From positions 6,595,950 to 6,659,949 of the forward strand of contig NC_134026.1 in NCBI RefSeq assembly GCF_964204645.1: DNA of 64,000 bases. The letters are read 5' to 3'. Position 1 is the first letter of the stretch. Every line of letters begins with the position of its first letter. The translations under genes and the position numbers were made by a program. Positions 51,766-63,755 of this stretch are shown one piece after another. Source of the stretch: Tubulanus polymorphus. Taxonomy: Eukaryota > Animalia > Nemertea. Under the pieces are notes generated by a model. That model had not been told where the DNA came from and did not search any database. It worked only from the letters and a program-made list of their open reading frames with translations.

Positions 51766-53704
51766 GCAAATTCGGAAGAATCCTGGGGTTGTCGCACAGT
51801 AGGTTGAGAAGTGGTAGGAACCATTTCTGAGCCGGCCAACATGGTGCTACCAGAACTATGTTGCAATTGACTGATCTCTCTATTTGATCCAGTAAGCGCG
51901 GCAGGACTGGTGTGGGCGGGAACGCATACGCATGCATCCCCGACCAGTCCAGAGAGAAGGCATCGACCCCCCACGCTTCCGCGTCTGGAAACGGGGACAC
52001 AAACAGAGGACACCTCCGATAGAACCGGGTGGCAAACAGATCCAGCAGCGGATTGCCAAACATGCCCCGAACCCGTTTAGCTACTTCTTGGTGGAGAACC
52101 CATTCTGTCGCAATAGCCTGACCTCGACAAGACAGAGCATCGGCCATCACGTTCCTTTTCCCTGCTAAATGTGCCACAGTCAGGGACACGCCCTTTGTCT
52201 GGCACCAAAGAAGAATTTTGGCCGACAGACCTGTGAGGGTTTCTGAGTGAGTGCCCCCTTGGTTCTGAAGGTAAGCCCTCACATTTGAATTGTCTGTGGC
52301 TAACCAAACGTGGTGGCCCTCCACTCTCCTGTGAAAGAACTTCAGGGCCTTCCACACGGCCAGCATTTCTAGGAAATTTATGTGGTTGGTGGCCTCGTAG
52401 CGAGACCATCTCCCGGCTTTGACTCGGTTCTCCAGATGTGCCCCCCATCCTTGGTGACTGGCATCCGTGAATACACGAACTGGAGCCTCTAACGGGGCTA
52501 GTGACACCCCGAGCCGAAGATTCGTAGTTGCCGCCCACCACTGAAGATCCGGACTTAGATCGGTTGGAGGTACGGGAATCAAGGTCTCCCAGTTGCCCTT
52601 CGACTGAGACCAGAAGACCTTCCAATATTGTTGCAAGCGCCTGCTTCTGAGGCGGCCTAAGGGCACCACCAGACCCATGGAGCTGATGGAGCCTAGAAGC
52701 CGTGACCAGTAACGAGCTGTTCTCGGGGTTGTGGACACTCCCGCTACAGCTTCTTGAAGTTTGGCTACTCGAGCCATAGACGGAAAGACTTTGCCGATTC
52801 GGAGATCGAAGTCCATGCCGAGATAAGTGAACTGTTGGGCCGGCGTCAACTGAGATTTTTCCCTGTTTACGCGGAACCCTAGCTGATGGACTAAGTCCAA
52901 GACTGAGGTCATTGCCTCCCGACATTCCTGAGCCGAATTCGTGACTATTAACCAGTCGTCGAGGTAAACGAACAGTCGAACACCCCTTGACTGAAGTACC
53001 TTCTGAACTGACTTGACCAACTTGGTGAAAACCCACGGGGCCGTACTGAGGCTAAATGGAAGAGACCTGAATTGGAACTGGCGGCCTTTCCATTTTATCC
53101 TGAGAAATCGCCGAGATTTTGGGTGAATTGGAACCTGAAAGTAAGCATCTTTCAGGTCCAAAGAAGCCGCCCATTGACCCGGACGGAGCCCTTGAATCAC
53201 GTCCTTGGGCTTGGTCATCCGGAACCTTGGAATGTCTAGGTGCCGATTGAGGGATGACAGATCTATCACTGTCCGTTGACCCCCTGTGGCCTTTGGTACC
53301 ATGAATATTCGAGAAAACCAGCTGGGAGAAGTTTAGTTGCAAACTGGTTCTATCGCTCCCTTCTCGGCCAATTCCTTGAGAGCCGGAGAGATTAAGGCCT
53401 CCTGACCTGGTTTTGGCCGCATGTCGGGAGGTGACCTCATCAGGCGCGGCCGCCTTAGGAAACGGAGACGGTAGCCACGAGAGATGACCCGGGAGGGCCA
53501 ACCGTCCCCAAAAAGGTCAGACCAGTGGGTTGCTGCCTGCTGCAGACAACCTCCCACTGGTCCCAAGAATTCATTTCGAGTTTTTCCGAAAGGAAGAGCC
53601 CCTTTTTGGAGCCTTCCCCTTGCCTCGATACGAACCGGAACTGTTACGACCGGACGAGGCTTGACACGATTGTTGAAGTTGCGCGCTAGTTCTCCAACTG
53701 GCAT
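51766..53704 (-). pseudogene. DIRS pol: reverse transcriptase, RNase H and Dam-like methyltransferase domain, disrupted
   Basis: Motifs DLKDAY, YLDD, FTDAS, HINFLE, TDN, ADALS, DLFA, DAFSLDW and YAFPP. In-frame TAA at 53333-53335 between KGAIEPVCN and TSPSWFSRIFMVPK; +1 frameshift near 51765. Confidence 0.9.
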
Positions 53705-54618
53705 CCGAAGCCGCCTGAGAAAGCGCTGAAGTTTGAGATGGTCCTGTTTGCGTCCGTGCCGAACCTTGCGCCGCCGACGTCGGACCAGAACGCTTTTTCC
53801 ACGGAGTTCGGGGGTTGGACTTGGCCTGAACCTCCCGAATCTTCCTCAGCTCAGCGGAAACCGGAGCGCACCAACCGGAGAAGAGACGTGAAGATGTCCC
53901 CAATGGGGCTCTCAGCAAAGCACTGGACACCATATCCAGTAGACGAGTTTTGGAACTGGGAGTTAATCACTGACTGACGGGAGGCTAACACAAGATTAGC
54001 CTGACCCCGAACCGACAACGGAATTACATGCGAAACAGACCGAGCCAAAGATTGGATAATCCGGTCCATTCCCTCCAGTTTTAGGGCAACTGACTCTGGG
54101 TCGGAGCCCGCATGAACCGATGCCCGACCCGGACCGGTACCGACCGAACCGGGCCGTTCGCGACTACCGCGGCGCGCGCTCGGTTCCGAACATGTAGTCC
54201 GAACCGGCCGAACCGACCTAACCGGTGAACGACCAGAGACCGGTGAATGAACGGAGACCGGTGCCGGTGAACCAGCGTTCCTCCCCGGTGAACGGAGTTG
54301 GGAAGCCGATCGTACCTGAACGACTGGTGACCGCTCCGCTTTACGATAAGAAACAGGATTAGAAACGTCGGTTGGCACGTCGGCCGAAACCGACGAATCC
54401 CTGCTAACTCGACGACGATCTCTTAGTTTAAAAGCCTTATCGGCCCGAAGCCAAAGGTCCTCGGACCACACCTCGCAAATCTTGCAAGGATTGCTCCTTG
54501 CACATATTTGACCGGATTTGCGCCTGCACGACGCACACGAATCGTGGTTGTCCCAGGCACCAAACAAATGCCCGCATGCCTCCCCGCCACGATGTTGACC
54601 CTTAGGAGGGGGTGGCAT
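53571..54618 (-). pseudogene. DIRS gag-like ORF1, broken into two frames
   Basis: N-terminal Cys/His finger (CGH...DNHDSCASC...C...CKICEVW) in ORF 53851-54618; the basic C-terminal part is in another frame (53571-53933). Confidence 0.75.
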
Positions 54619-55192
54619 AATTATCTGTTACAAATCAAAACAATTCAATTCAATCAAATTATATTTGAAAAATAGAAACCAGGGATAACCCCCAAACCGA
54701 ACGGACTCACCGTTATGAGAGTGAAAACTCCCTAATATCCTAATTCCCAGATTTTTACGGCGAAAAAATCCAACGCGTTCTACTGCGAGAACGCCAAGGA
54801 AAAAGATGGCGGATTTCGCCGGTGGCTAAATGCAATACCGCAGGGCCGGGTCGTATAGAAAAACCATTGGCGATCAATCCAAATTTAGAAAAATATTGGC
54901 AAAAACCATAGGAAAGGGTACAGTACTCGACGGAAATACAATTTTGGGTTGGTGTCATATTTTTCATTGAGGCCAAAATGGCCGAATTGGCAACACCCCT
55001 ATATTGCTAGGCCCTCTATACCTGCAGTGCACATATGTATCTCCATAACCGTTAGTTCTAGAGGGTCAAATGACCACTCAAATTCGCAGACAGGCTGTAA
55101 TATGGGGGTTTGTAATACATTTATTATATGACCAAAAAATAATACTTTTCAAGATATTTCACAAAAACTGATTTCAAGGGTATTGATATATA

Positions 55193-56453
55193 AACTAGGG
55201 GTCCAGGGACACCATGCCCACTTGGGAAGTGGTTTCCAATGCTCAACAATCTAACAATTTCAATATTCAACGCCCCCTGGTGACCATATACAAAAACCAA
55301 TGACCTTGAAACTCACTACAATCATAGAACATGTCAGCTGCTACAATTTTGTAATTGATTGTGATAACAATATATGCCTTGTTATCAAGGGATCATTCAT
55401 TTATTACGTACGCATTAAATTTGAATTTTTCAACCCCCCCTCCCCCTCTGTACGCAAAATCGGCCATTTTTTCATATACATTAAGCATTACAGTACGCAA
55501 TTGCACTTACCCCTCCCCTAATGCGTACGTAATAAATGAATGACCCCCAATCTAATATGGAAATACTAAGTAATTCTACCATTCAATGCCCCTGGTGACC
55601 ATATGCAAAACCCAATGACCTTGAAACTCACCACAATAATAGAACATGTCATAAACTACAACTTTGCAATTGATCATGGTAACAAAATATGCCTAGGTAC
55701 CAATCTAATAAGGAAATACTAAGTTATTCTACTATTCAACGCCCCCTGGTGACCATATAGAATAACCAATGTCCTTAAAACTCATCACAATCATAGACAA
55801 TGTCATGAGCTATAACTTTGCGATTGATTGTGGTAACAAAATATGCTTAGGTATCAATATAATCTGGAAAAACTTTTTTCCACCTACGAATGAGTACTGA
55901 TGATACCAAGATGGCCGCCAATTACGTCATAATTGGCCGATCAAAAATTCCTGGCTCAGGTATAAAACATCCCTTTCCAAAGAATACCCTTCACAAATTG
56001 CAATGAGAAATGGCAAACCAGTAGGAAGCTACACGACTCAGAATTTGGGCCAAAATTGACATTTTTGGGCACTAAAAAGGTCATAGGTCAGCCACCTTGA
56101 TTCCAATCGACCCAATTTTTCTTATGGTGATGGGTCCTTGGGGGATTCAAATATATACGAAAGATCAAGGTAATTGATATAAGTGTCTTCAAAATTTCCC
56201 TCAAAAAGTGTAAAAAGTGCTGATTTTGACGAAACACAATGGCTGCCAGTCAGCCATCTTGATTGTGACAGGGCCAGTTTTTGGGCTGAAGATGTGTCTA
56301 GGGTAGATACATGTACAAACCAAATATCAAGACATTACCTTGAAGCATCTTCAAAACTTCCCAAAATAACTGGATTCCATCTACGGATGGACAGACGACG
56401 GACGAAAAGCAAACGCAATAGCCCGCTGGGACTAAAGTCCCAAGTGGGCTAAA
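55193..56453 (+). mobile_element. Non-autonomous Helentron-type (HINE) element with internal ~155-bp tandem repeats
   Basis: 5' aactag; subterminal inverted repeat gcccacttggga (55216) / tcccaagtgggc (56438); three attcaa.gcccc.tggtgaccatat units; gacggatggacagacg microsatellite; 3' hairpin. Confidence 0.75.
55389..55547. mobile_element. PIF/Harbinger-type MITE nested in the HINE
   Basis: ~29-bp TIR ggg(a/g)tcattcatttattacgtacgcatta with 3-bp duplication CAA; the neighbouring tandem units show the empty site. Confidence 0.85.
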
Positions 56454-56589
56454 AATCACGCATGCAGTTCTTATGTAGCAATAAGGTCAGAAGATCTTAT
56501 TGTTGTCATTGATTTTTTACATGGTCTGAATGAACCTGGTAGACAAAAGGCAGACTCACAGTTTAAAATGGGTTTATATTTACAATTTT

Positions 56590-57272
56590 TAGAGATTAGG
56601 GTCGGCATATAGGCTGGCCCACAAAATTCCAAAGTTGTACCCTAGAGGTCCTGATATTGCCAATGCTTCCCTCCAGAATGACCTAAATCGCATCTCGTCA
56701 TGGGCAAAGCGTTGGTGCTGGTTGCTCAAAGGTAGGTTAAGATAACCAGAGGCTTAACTACTGGTTAAGAACTTAACCACTGGTTAAGAACTTAACCACC
56801 GGTTAGTTAACCACTAGTTAAATTCAGTTGCTTAAAACCTCCGTTAGGTTGTGGTTTGCTAACCGGTGGTTAAAGTTAATTTATCCACTGGTTAGCCTCT
56901 TTTTCATTTGCCCAGCCTCACTTTATATGACCATAATTTTCTAGATATAAATTCTTCCTGCCGTTTTTGTAATGCCAAATAAGACTGTAAGCATTTCCTA
57001 AGTAACGTAAAAATAATTGTCAGTACTGCTAAATTCATAGAGGCAAATCTATATTCTATATAACCTTAGCTTACTTGGGATATAAGTAAGAGTATTTTTC
57101 TGTGTGCACTCTTATGTCTGTAATTAACTTGGTTTTTAACTTCGTTTGTATCCCTTCTCACCCTGATTTTGACTTGATCTGTTTAATAAGAACTTGTTCA
57201 TTGGTATTGCTATTGCTCTTAATAACTAATACAATTTAACGAAATAAAGTCATATGCCAACCCTAATCTTTA
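56590..57272. mobile_element. TIR-bounded non-autonomous element containing a palindromic ggttaagaacttaaccact array
   Basis: agattagggtcggcatat is mirrored by atatgccaaccctaatct; the array lies at about 56748-56900. Confidence 0.55.
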
Positions 57273-57471
57273 ATAAAGGACCAATGGTCCAGTGGCTTCA
57301 AACTGGTGTGAAGTAAAAAATCTGTCACGTATAGGCTACCGGTACGCAAAAATTCATTTCATTGAAATTAAACGAGGAAAAAATATATATAAAAGGACTC
57401 AATTTTGGTCAGTGTGAACTTTCAATAACTGACTTGAAGAGTGTGAAATCTTCGAAAAATTGATTATGGGA

Positions 57472-57616
57472 ATTTATGTCTCAACAAATGTTCATAATTA
57501 TAATACATCCCTAGAACGACGTAAAACAACTAAAACTATGAGTAATTTATGTCTCAACAAATGTTCATAATTATAATACATCCCTAGAATGACGTAAAAC
57601 AATTAAAACTATGAGT
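57472..57616. repeat. Tandem duplication, about 73 bp x2
   Basis: atttatgtctcaacaaatgttcataattataatacatccctagaa...aaaactatgagt occurs twice. Confidence 0.9.
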
Positions 57617-58310
57617 GACCCGTTAAAATACGGTACAAACTTAGTGAGAGCCAGGGTTTCATCAGAGGTTTTTCATTAACATATGGAACCAATTAGGACA
57701 GAAGCTCTCAAGTTCTTCAAATTTGAGGCATAAAGTTTATCGACTGGGTTTTAATAATTTCACGATAGGATTGCTTTAAGTAGCTTACATCTTCACTCAG
57801 ACAAATCGTTGTTATGCGCGACCTACACTGTGGCGTGCGTTATCTTTAACTGATAAGGCTGGCTTATGTCGACAAGCAAGGCAAAGCCTACCTAGACAAC
57901 TGAGTTAATCGCCGATTAGCAGCAACTAGCGGCCTACGAGAGGCCGCCAGTCTAGTATTGTGTTTTCACATGTTTAATTTTGGACAGTTAAAGATGCTGC
58001 AGAGTGCTCAAATAAATCGAATTTTTGACACTCTTTGGTAAATTTATCAAAAAATATGAAACCCATGGCTTTCAACTTTGCGCACCACAAAGAGACACAA
58101 ATTACGAAATATATTTTCGCTTAATCCGTTCGCCCGTTAGTGGTGAAATGACAGGCTACCGAAATAGCTTTGAGCGTAGTGTATTATGATTATCAATCTG
58201 CCAGACCGTTGACATAGGCTAGCCAAGCTAGGCGAGCCAAAAATTGTAAATATGAACCCATTATAAACTGCGAGTCTGCCTTTTGTCTACTAGGTTCATT
58301 CAGACAATGT

Positions 58311-60548
58311 AACAAGAGCCCCAAGGGGCACAATGGCCAGCCTGTCAGATTTGCTTTTTATAAATGATGTAATCTGTGGGTTATATTTATCAATATACAC
58401 TCCCTGCTCAATATCATTTACATAGTAAAATCGTGTGTTAACACAGACAGCAGGAACGAATGTAATATAGAAATACTAAGTTATTGTATTGTTCAACGCC
58501 CCCTGGTGGCCATAAAAAAAACCAATGAGCTTGAAACTCACCTCGATCATAGAACATGTCATGAGCAACAACTTTCCAATTGATTATAGTAGCAAAATAT
58601 GCTTAAGTATCAATTATGATGTGGAAAAACTTTTTTTCCACCTACGAATGAGTACTGATGACCCCAAGATGGCTGCCAAGTGCGTCATAATTGCCTGGTC
58701 AAAAATACCCTCTCGGATATAAAAGATCCCTTTCCAAAGAATACCCATTACAAATTGCAATGAAACATGGCGCACCATTAGAAAGCTACAGTACTCAGAA
58801 TTCAGGCCAAAATTGACATTTTTGGGAACAAAAAAGGTCACAGTACGGCCATCTTGAGTCCGATCGACTCAATTTTTCTCATGCCGATGGGCCCTCGGGG
58901 GATACAAATATATACGAATGATCAAGGTTATTGATAAAAGTGTCTTCAAAATTTCCCTCGAAAACTTCAAAAATGTGTAAAAAGTGCTGATTTTGGCGAA
59001 CAACAATGGCTGCCAGTCGGCCATCTTGAATCTGACAGGGCCAGTTTTTGGCCTGAAGATGTGTCTAGGGTAGATACACGTATAAAACAAATATCAAGAC
59101 ATTACCTTGAAGCGTCTTCAAAACTTTGGAACTCTCACGAACTATCTAGATGGTTATCTCTCGACCTCAATAGCTTCAAGACCCATCTCAAAACAACTTT
59201 GTTCCATGCAGCATACCATTAACTCTCGGAAAGCGAATTGTATTTAACATTTTTTGGCAGAATAAAATTTGATTGAATTTTCAATTCGGGCACATGGCTA
59301 ATTAGCATATCAAGGTCATACACCCGATTTGGTAAAGCCTTTTTTTCGCGAACCTTGCGCAATTGTCAAGGATGAATTTTCTGTAGAGCAAATAAAAATT
59401 CCTCCCAAACACCAAATCAACTAAAGATTTCATAGAAATCGATCTTGAAATACAATTTTAAATCTTAAAATAAAACCCGGAAGTAAAACAGTAGACGATA
59501 CCGCGGATTCACGTGAACACCTGATTTCTGTAAACGAAATGTTGGTTGTGACAAAATTGTTCAGACGGTTTTAGGTGGTAATAAGTACGGAAACGTAACG
59601 ACCATGGTCGACTTATTCGATGAAATCAGGCCTATGTGATATCCAAATTTTGACTTTTTTATTCTCCAGACCTCCCTGATATAGAAATAAAAAAGTTTGG
59701 TGGTACGAAAGTGCAATCACAGCGCCGACGGGGACAGAGCCGTGTCAGAGATCGGCGGAGTGAAAATTGAGGTGGACGAACACGAAGAAGTAGGCTATTG
59801 CGCTACTTGAATCACGAAAACTCCAGGCGCGGCCCCGACGCTTTTCGTTGATTAAGTAATACAAATATCATGCAATGGGTTTTCACAATCTACCGCTGGT
59901 ATTTACCGGATTTCAATATCACTCCAAAATTCAAAGAAACCTCGAAATATCGAACCGGAACACTTCCGGTAGATATCCGCGGCTGCCCAACCAGGAAACT
60001 TATTTGTTTTAATAGATATTGATAGGATCCATCATCTTCACCCGTCAAGGGATTCGAACCCACTAAGCTAAAGCCATGCCAGAATCGGGTCGGGCCAATC
60101 ACAGCGCTTGTAACAAACCACATTAGGTTTCTGTGGAATTTCCCAGTAAATGGGCCAATCAGCGAAAACGTAGCGAACGCGGAAGTATTGTCGCTTGTTG
60201 ATACATGACGTCATGCGCAAAAGCGCCAGTAATGAAATCGCGATAATTCACGTGAACAGCTGCTGATATTTTCAGATAAACCAATCACAGGGAAGACACA
60301 ACTTCCTGATTGGCTGATAAAAATTGAAATTTTCCCGATTTAACTTTCGTGAAAAATGCAGAAAACATTTTTATGAGACCCTATTTCAAAATTCTGCTCG
60401 CTACGATTCCGAGAATGGATTACGCTTAAATACGTGATTTGTTCGAATATGCCCTCACTTGGCAAGCAAAAGAGCCTTTTGTGTGGAAACCATGTCATTT
60501 AAATTCGCTCCATTTGTATAGTAATAGGCTCAGCCTACGGCTGGCCTA
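58311..60548 (+). mobile_element. Second HINE of the same family, with foreign sequence captured or inserted internally
   Basis: 58465-59125 aligns with 55720-56360. The 5' ggccagcc pairs with ggctggcc in the terminal hairpin at 60526-60547. The element splits the right arm of the large inverted repeat. Confidence 0.65.
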
Positions 60549-60941
60549 AAAAACCAATGACAACAATAAGATCTCACCTTATTAATACAATTGCATTTTT
60601 GTATATCAATACCCTTGAAATCAGTCTTTATGTAATATCTTGGAAAGTATGACTTTTTGGTGATATAAATGTATTACCAACCCCCATAATACAGCCTTTC
60701 TGCGAATTTTGAGTGGTCATTTGACCCTATAAGGACTAACGGTTATGGAGATACATATGTGCAGGTATATAGGGCCTAGCGATATAACGGGGCGTTGCCA
60801 GTTCGGCCATTTTCGCCTCAATGAGAAACATGACACAACACAAAATTGTTCCCAGACTCTTAATTAGTTGATTTCTGAAGAGTTTAGCTCTGGACCTAAA
60901 AGTGCATACAAAACCCCCATGAGCTACTCTAGTATAGAAAA

Positions 60942-62265
60942 TCAATCATTTTCAAGCTTGGGTTGAGCAGAATTGATTGAGGATTCAGCATCATCAGCAG
61001 CAGCTGCACTTCTTTCCAGACTTCTGTACAGAATAATTGATTGTTCGAATATAATCAAATTAATGCACACTGGAGTAATGAAAAACTCACCATTTCTAAA
61101 GTTGTATCGGATAAGCTCAGTGCCATTTAGCAGGATTTCACTTCCAAGAGTCACAACGTCATGAAGTTAAGAGAACTGATGATTTTCTGCGAAAATAAAC
61201 ATATATAAATAAATGAACAGTTAAGTCTTATAACAAGCTAGAACCAGGTATAGTGAATATTACTTAGTTTCTTAAAAGAATAGCAGCTTCAGCAAAAACT
61301 TAAGCTTCTTACCTCTTTGAAGGTGAATATCATTAATTTCTATAGCTCCAATTAGTGTTGGGGGTATTGCATTCTGGAAGGAGAAAATTATGCCAGAAAA
61401 TGGTTAATGAAATAAACAGATACTGCAATTTGTTTGTGTTCAATTGACAGAAAACCCACCAGGTTAATGAGTAGTTTATCACAATGTGTTGAGTGTATGC
61501 AGATTTCTGAGGTGTCTGATGGTAGCTTTAAACTGTGTCCTCTAGTAAAGCATTGATACCTGCCAACATTGACCGATCAAAAACACATAATTATCTGGAC
61601 TTGATTTGAAGATCGTCGCAAATTATTGCAATAAATCGATATAAAACTCACCACTTCTTAACAAATTTGAAGTGAATTCCCAATGTTTACTGTTCACAGA
61701 TTCTGTCAAGAGTTCAACTATTTCAGCTCCTAAAAACAAATGTTAGAAATTGTCAGTTAAGTTGTTATGAAATAGGAGCGGTTTCACACCAAATACAAAA
61801 CTTACCATTTTCATCAATGTTTTTAATGTTTTTATTTGAGGTTGACTGTTGGGTGCCAAGACCTCCATAGCTCTGTTCACAGAAAATATATATGGAAAAC
61901 ATAAAGATGTTGATAATTCCAACTTTGATTCCAATTCCAACTCAGGGCATAAATGAGTTTTAACGATTGATAACTCACTTCAAACTAAGCAGTGATCTTT
62001 AAGTGATTGAATGCTGGAAATATAAAACAGATAGAATAATTTATATAGAACAGTTAGAAACAACAAATAGAACTCCAAAAAAACTAAAAAAATTCCTAAC
62101 AGGTTTTACCTGCTGCTGGTGGTGCTGCAGTGTGTATCTCATCCTGTAAATGAGAGTAAAACAATAACAGAGACTGTGAAGAATTCTGTAGAGAAAGTCA
62201 TTAACAGTTTTGTACTTAACTTTTAAATGAGCCTGTTTAAATGGTAAATGCATTTATTTCATTCT
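60942..62265 (-). other. Cluster of exon-like segments of an unidentified gene or decayed gene
   Basis: Several AG...GTAAG/GTGAG-bounded segments with open frames (about 62144-62110, 61940-61806, 61729-61653, 61373-61312, 61186-61091). No consistent full model could be built. Confidence 0.35.
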
Positions 62266-62544
62266 GAAAAAGAAAGAAAGAATAATCAGTGGCAATAGAG
62301 CACAATGTAATATCTCAAAGTTATCAACCAATCAGACAGAAACAGTACAGGATTTCTGTAGATTAAGCTGCTTTACTAATTTCATACTGATTGAACAGTT
62401 ACAGATATATGTAACATTGTGTACAGATACAGAGTACAGATCACTGCATTACTTCATCCTGTGATTGAACAGTGATTTAATGTTCTCTAATCTTCACTAG
62501 ATTCCCATCCGTCTAACTAAAACATCAGAACATTTCAACTCACC

Positions 62545-62745
62545 TAACCTCCCGACCCGACCCTCCCAGGCCCCATCCCTCCCACCCTCCCTCGCACCAT
62601 CCCTCCCGCCCTCCCTCGCCCCTTCCCTCCCGCCCTCCCTCGCCCCTTCCCTCCCGCCCTCCCTCACCCTTTCCCTCCCTCCCACACCCTCCCTCAATGC
62701 CCTCCCACCTAGTCTTCCCCAATGCCCTCCCTCAATGCCCTCCCA
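62545..62745. repeat. C-rich low-complexity tandem repeat (ccctccctc...), G-quadruplex-prone on the minus strand
   Basis: Directly visible. Confidence 0.85.
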
Positions 62746-63566
62746 TCATGCCTCCTCAACTCTCTTGTCTCCTCCTCAGACACCGCTTATCTGTACAAAA
62801 ACTACGAAAAGATTTGCCATTTTTCACAATCATATCAATTTCATATATAAATTGAAATCCTTAATCAATTGCATCATTGACAGGACTCACAGATACATTT
62901 CTCAAATTTTGGAGGCATTAAATGATCATATGCCTAGTGTGTGGTCTTGAAAATCACATGGCTTGAATTTTACAGATGATTTCATTATCAATTTCATTAT
63001 CATTATCAATGATCATATGCCTAGTGTGTGAATTCATTCAAATTATTCCTATTATTTCTACTCCCTCCAATAAGTATTCACAATAATTAATAATGTTATA
63101 AGGGAGGGGGAGGTATACGGAGGGTTCACCCGAACTTAGGAAATAAGCCCGAACCAAACCTCCACACTCACAAAATGTTGTGAGAAGGACAAACACAAAC
63201 CAAGGACATGAATGATGGCTGAGATCAAAATTATTCAATCAACTATATTTATGTTGCTTCACAAATCTAACGTTGTCACTCTTTATTATAAAACCGTTGT
63301 GGACCAATGATAGTTGATAGTTCGATTAGATATTTCTACATAAGCAAGTTGTTTTATATAATCTTATTCATCAGATTTATCAATCATTGATTATGAACTA
63401 ACTGCTGATGTTTACAAAATATATACGTCATAAATAATCTGTTTGACTATGATTTGATTGTCTTTACAAGTTAACACTTGAACCCAGTGGAACGAATCAA
63501 ACTCAGCCATTTTCCTTCATTTGCCATTTTTCGTTTTTACTCTTTTCTCCGACCTTTAGCGCTTGA

Positions 63567-63755
63567 GTCGAGGTAGGTATAGACCCCTGCCCGCCCTCTA
63601 AGCGTGCAGGACACTAAACCTTCGAATTGCTCTCGAACCCCACTCTTTATATTTCATTTCTTTTTTCAGTCGAGGTAGGTAAAGACCCCTGTCCACTCGC
63701 TAAGCGTGCAGGACACTTAACCTTCGAATTGCTCCTGGACCACACTCTTTATATC
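63567..63755. repeat. Imperfect direct duplication, about 85 bp x2
   Basis: gtcgaggtaggta.agacccctg...ctaagcgtgcaggacact.aaccttcgaattgctc occurs at 63567 and 63669. Confidence 0.8.

Larger units (their letters stand above)
50065..54938 (-). mobile_element. DIRS1-type tyrosine-recombinase retrotransposon, termini intact but coding regions mutated
   Basis: Inverted terminal repeats at 50065-50227 and 54800-54938; internal complementary region at 50263-50360; gag-like, RT, RNase H, methyltransferase-like and YR motifs; no target-site duplication. Confidence 0.95.
49880..60940. repeat. Large inverted repeat pair (about 0.5-kb arms) fragmented by nested insertions
   Basis: Left arm pieces 49880-49905, 49991-50064, 54939-55192 and 56454-56590 are collinear with the reverse complement of right arm pieces 60940-60550 and 58312-58239. 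Confidence 0.8.

Noticed and set aside
50621-53302. A novel natural RT-methyltransferase-recombinase fusion protein
   Set aside because: Best explained by a 1-nt insertion in a decaying DIRS copy that also has a nonsense codon upstream in pol.
50965-53977. Plus-strand ORFs within the DIRS element
   Set aside because: Antisense shadows of the GC-rich dual-coding region, with no motifs.
62497-62722. Gly/Arg/Glu-rich ORFs
   Set aside because: Translations of a C-rich simple repeat.
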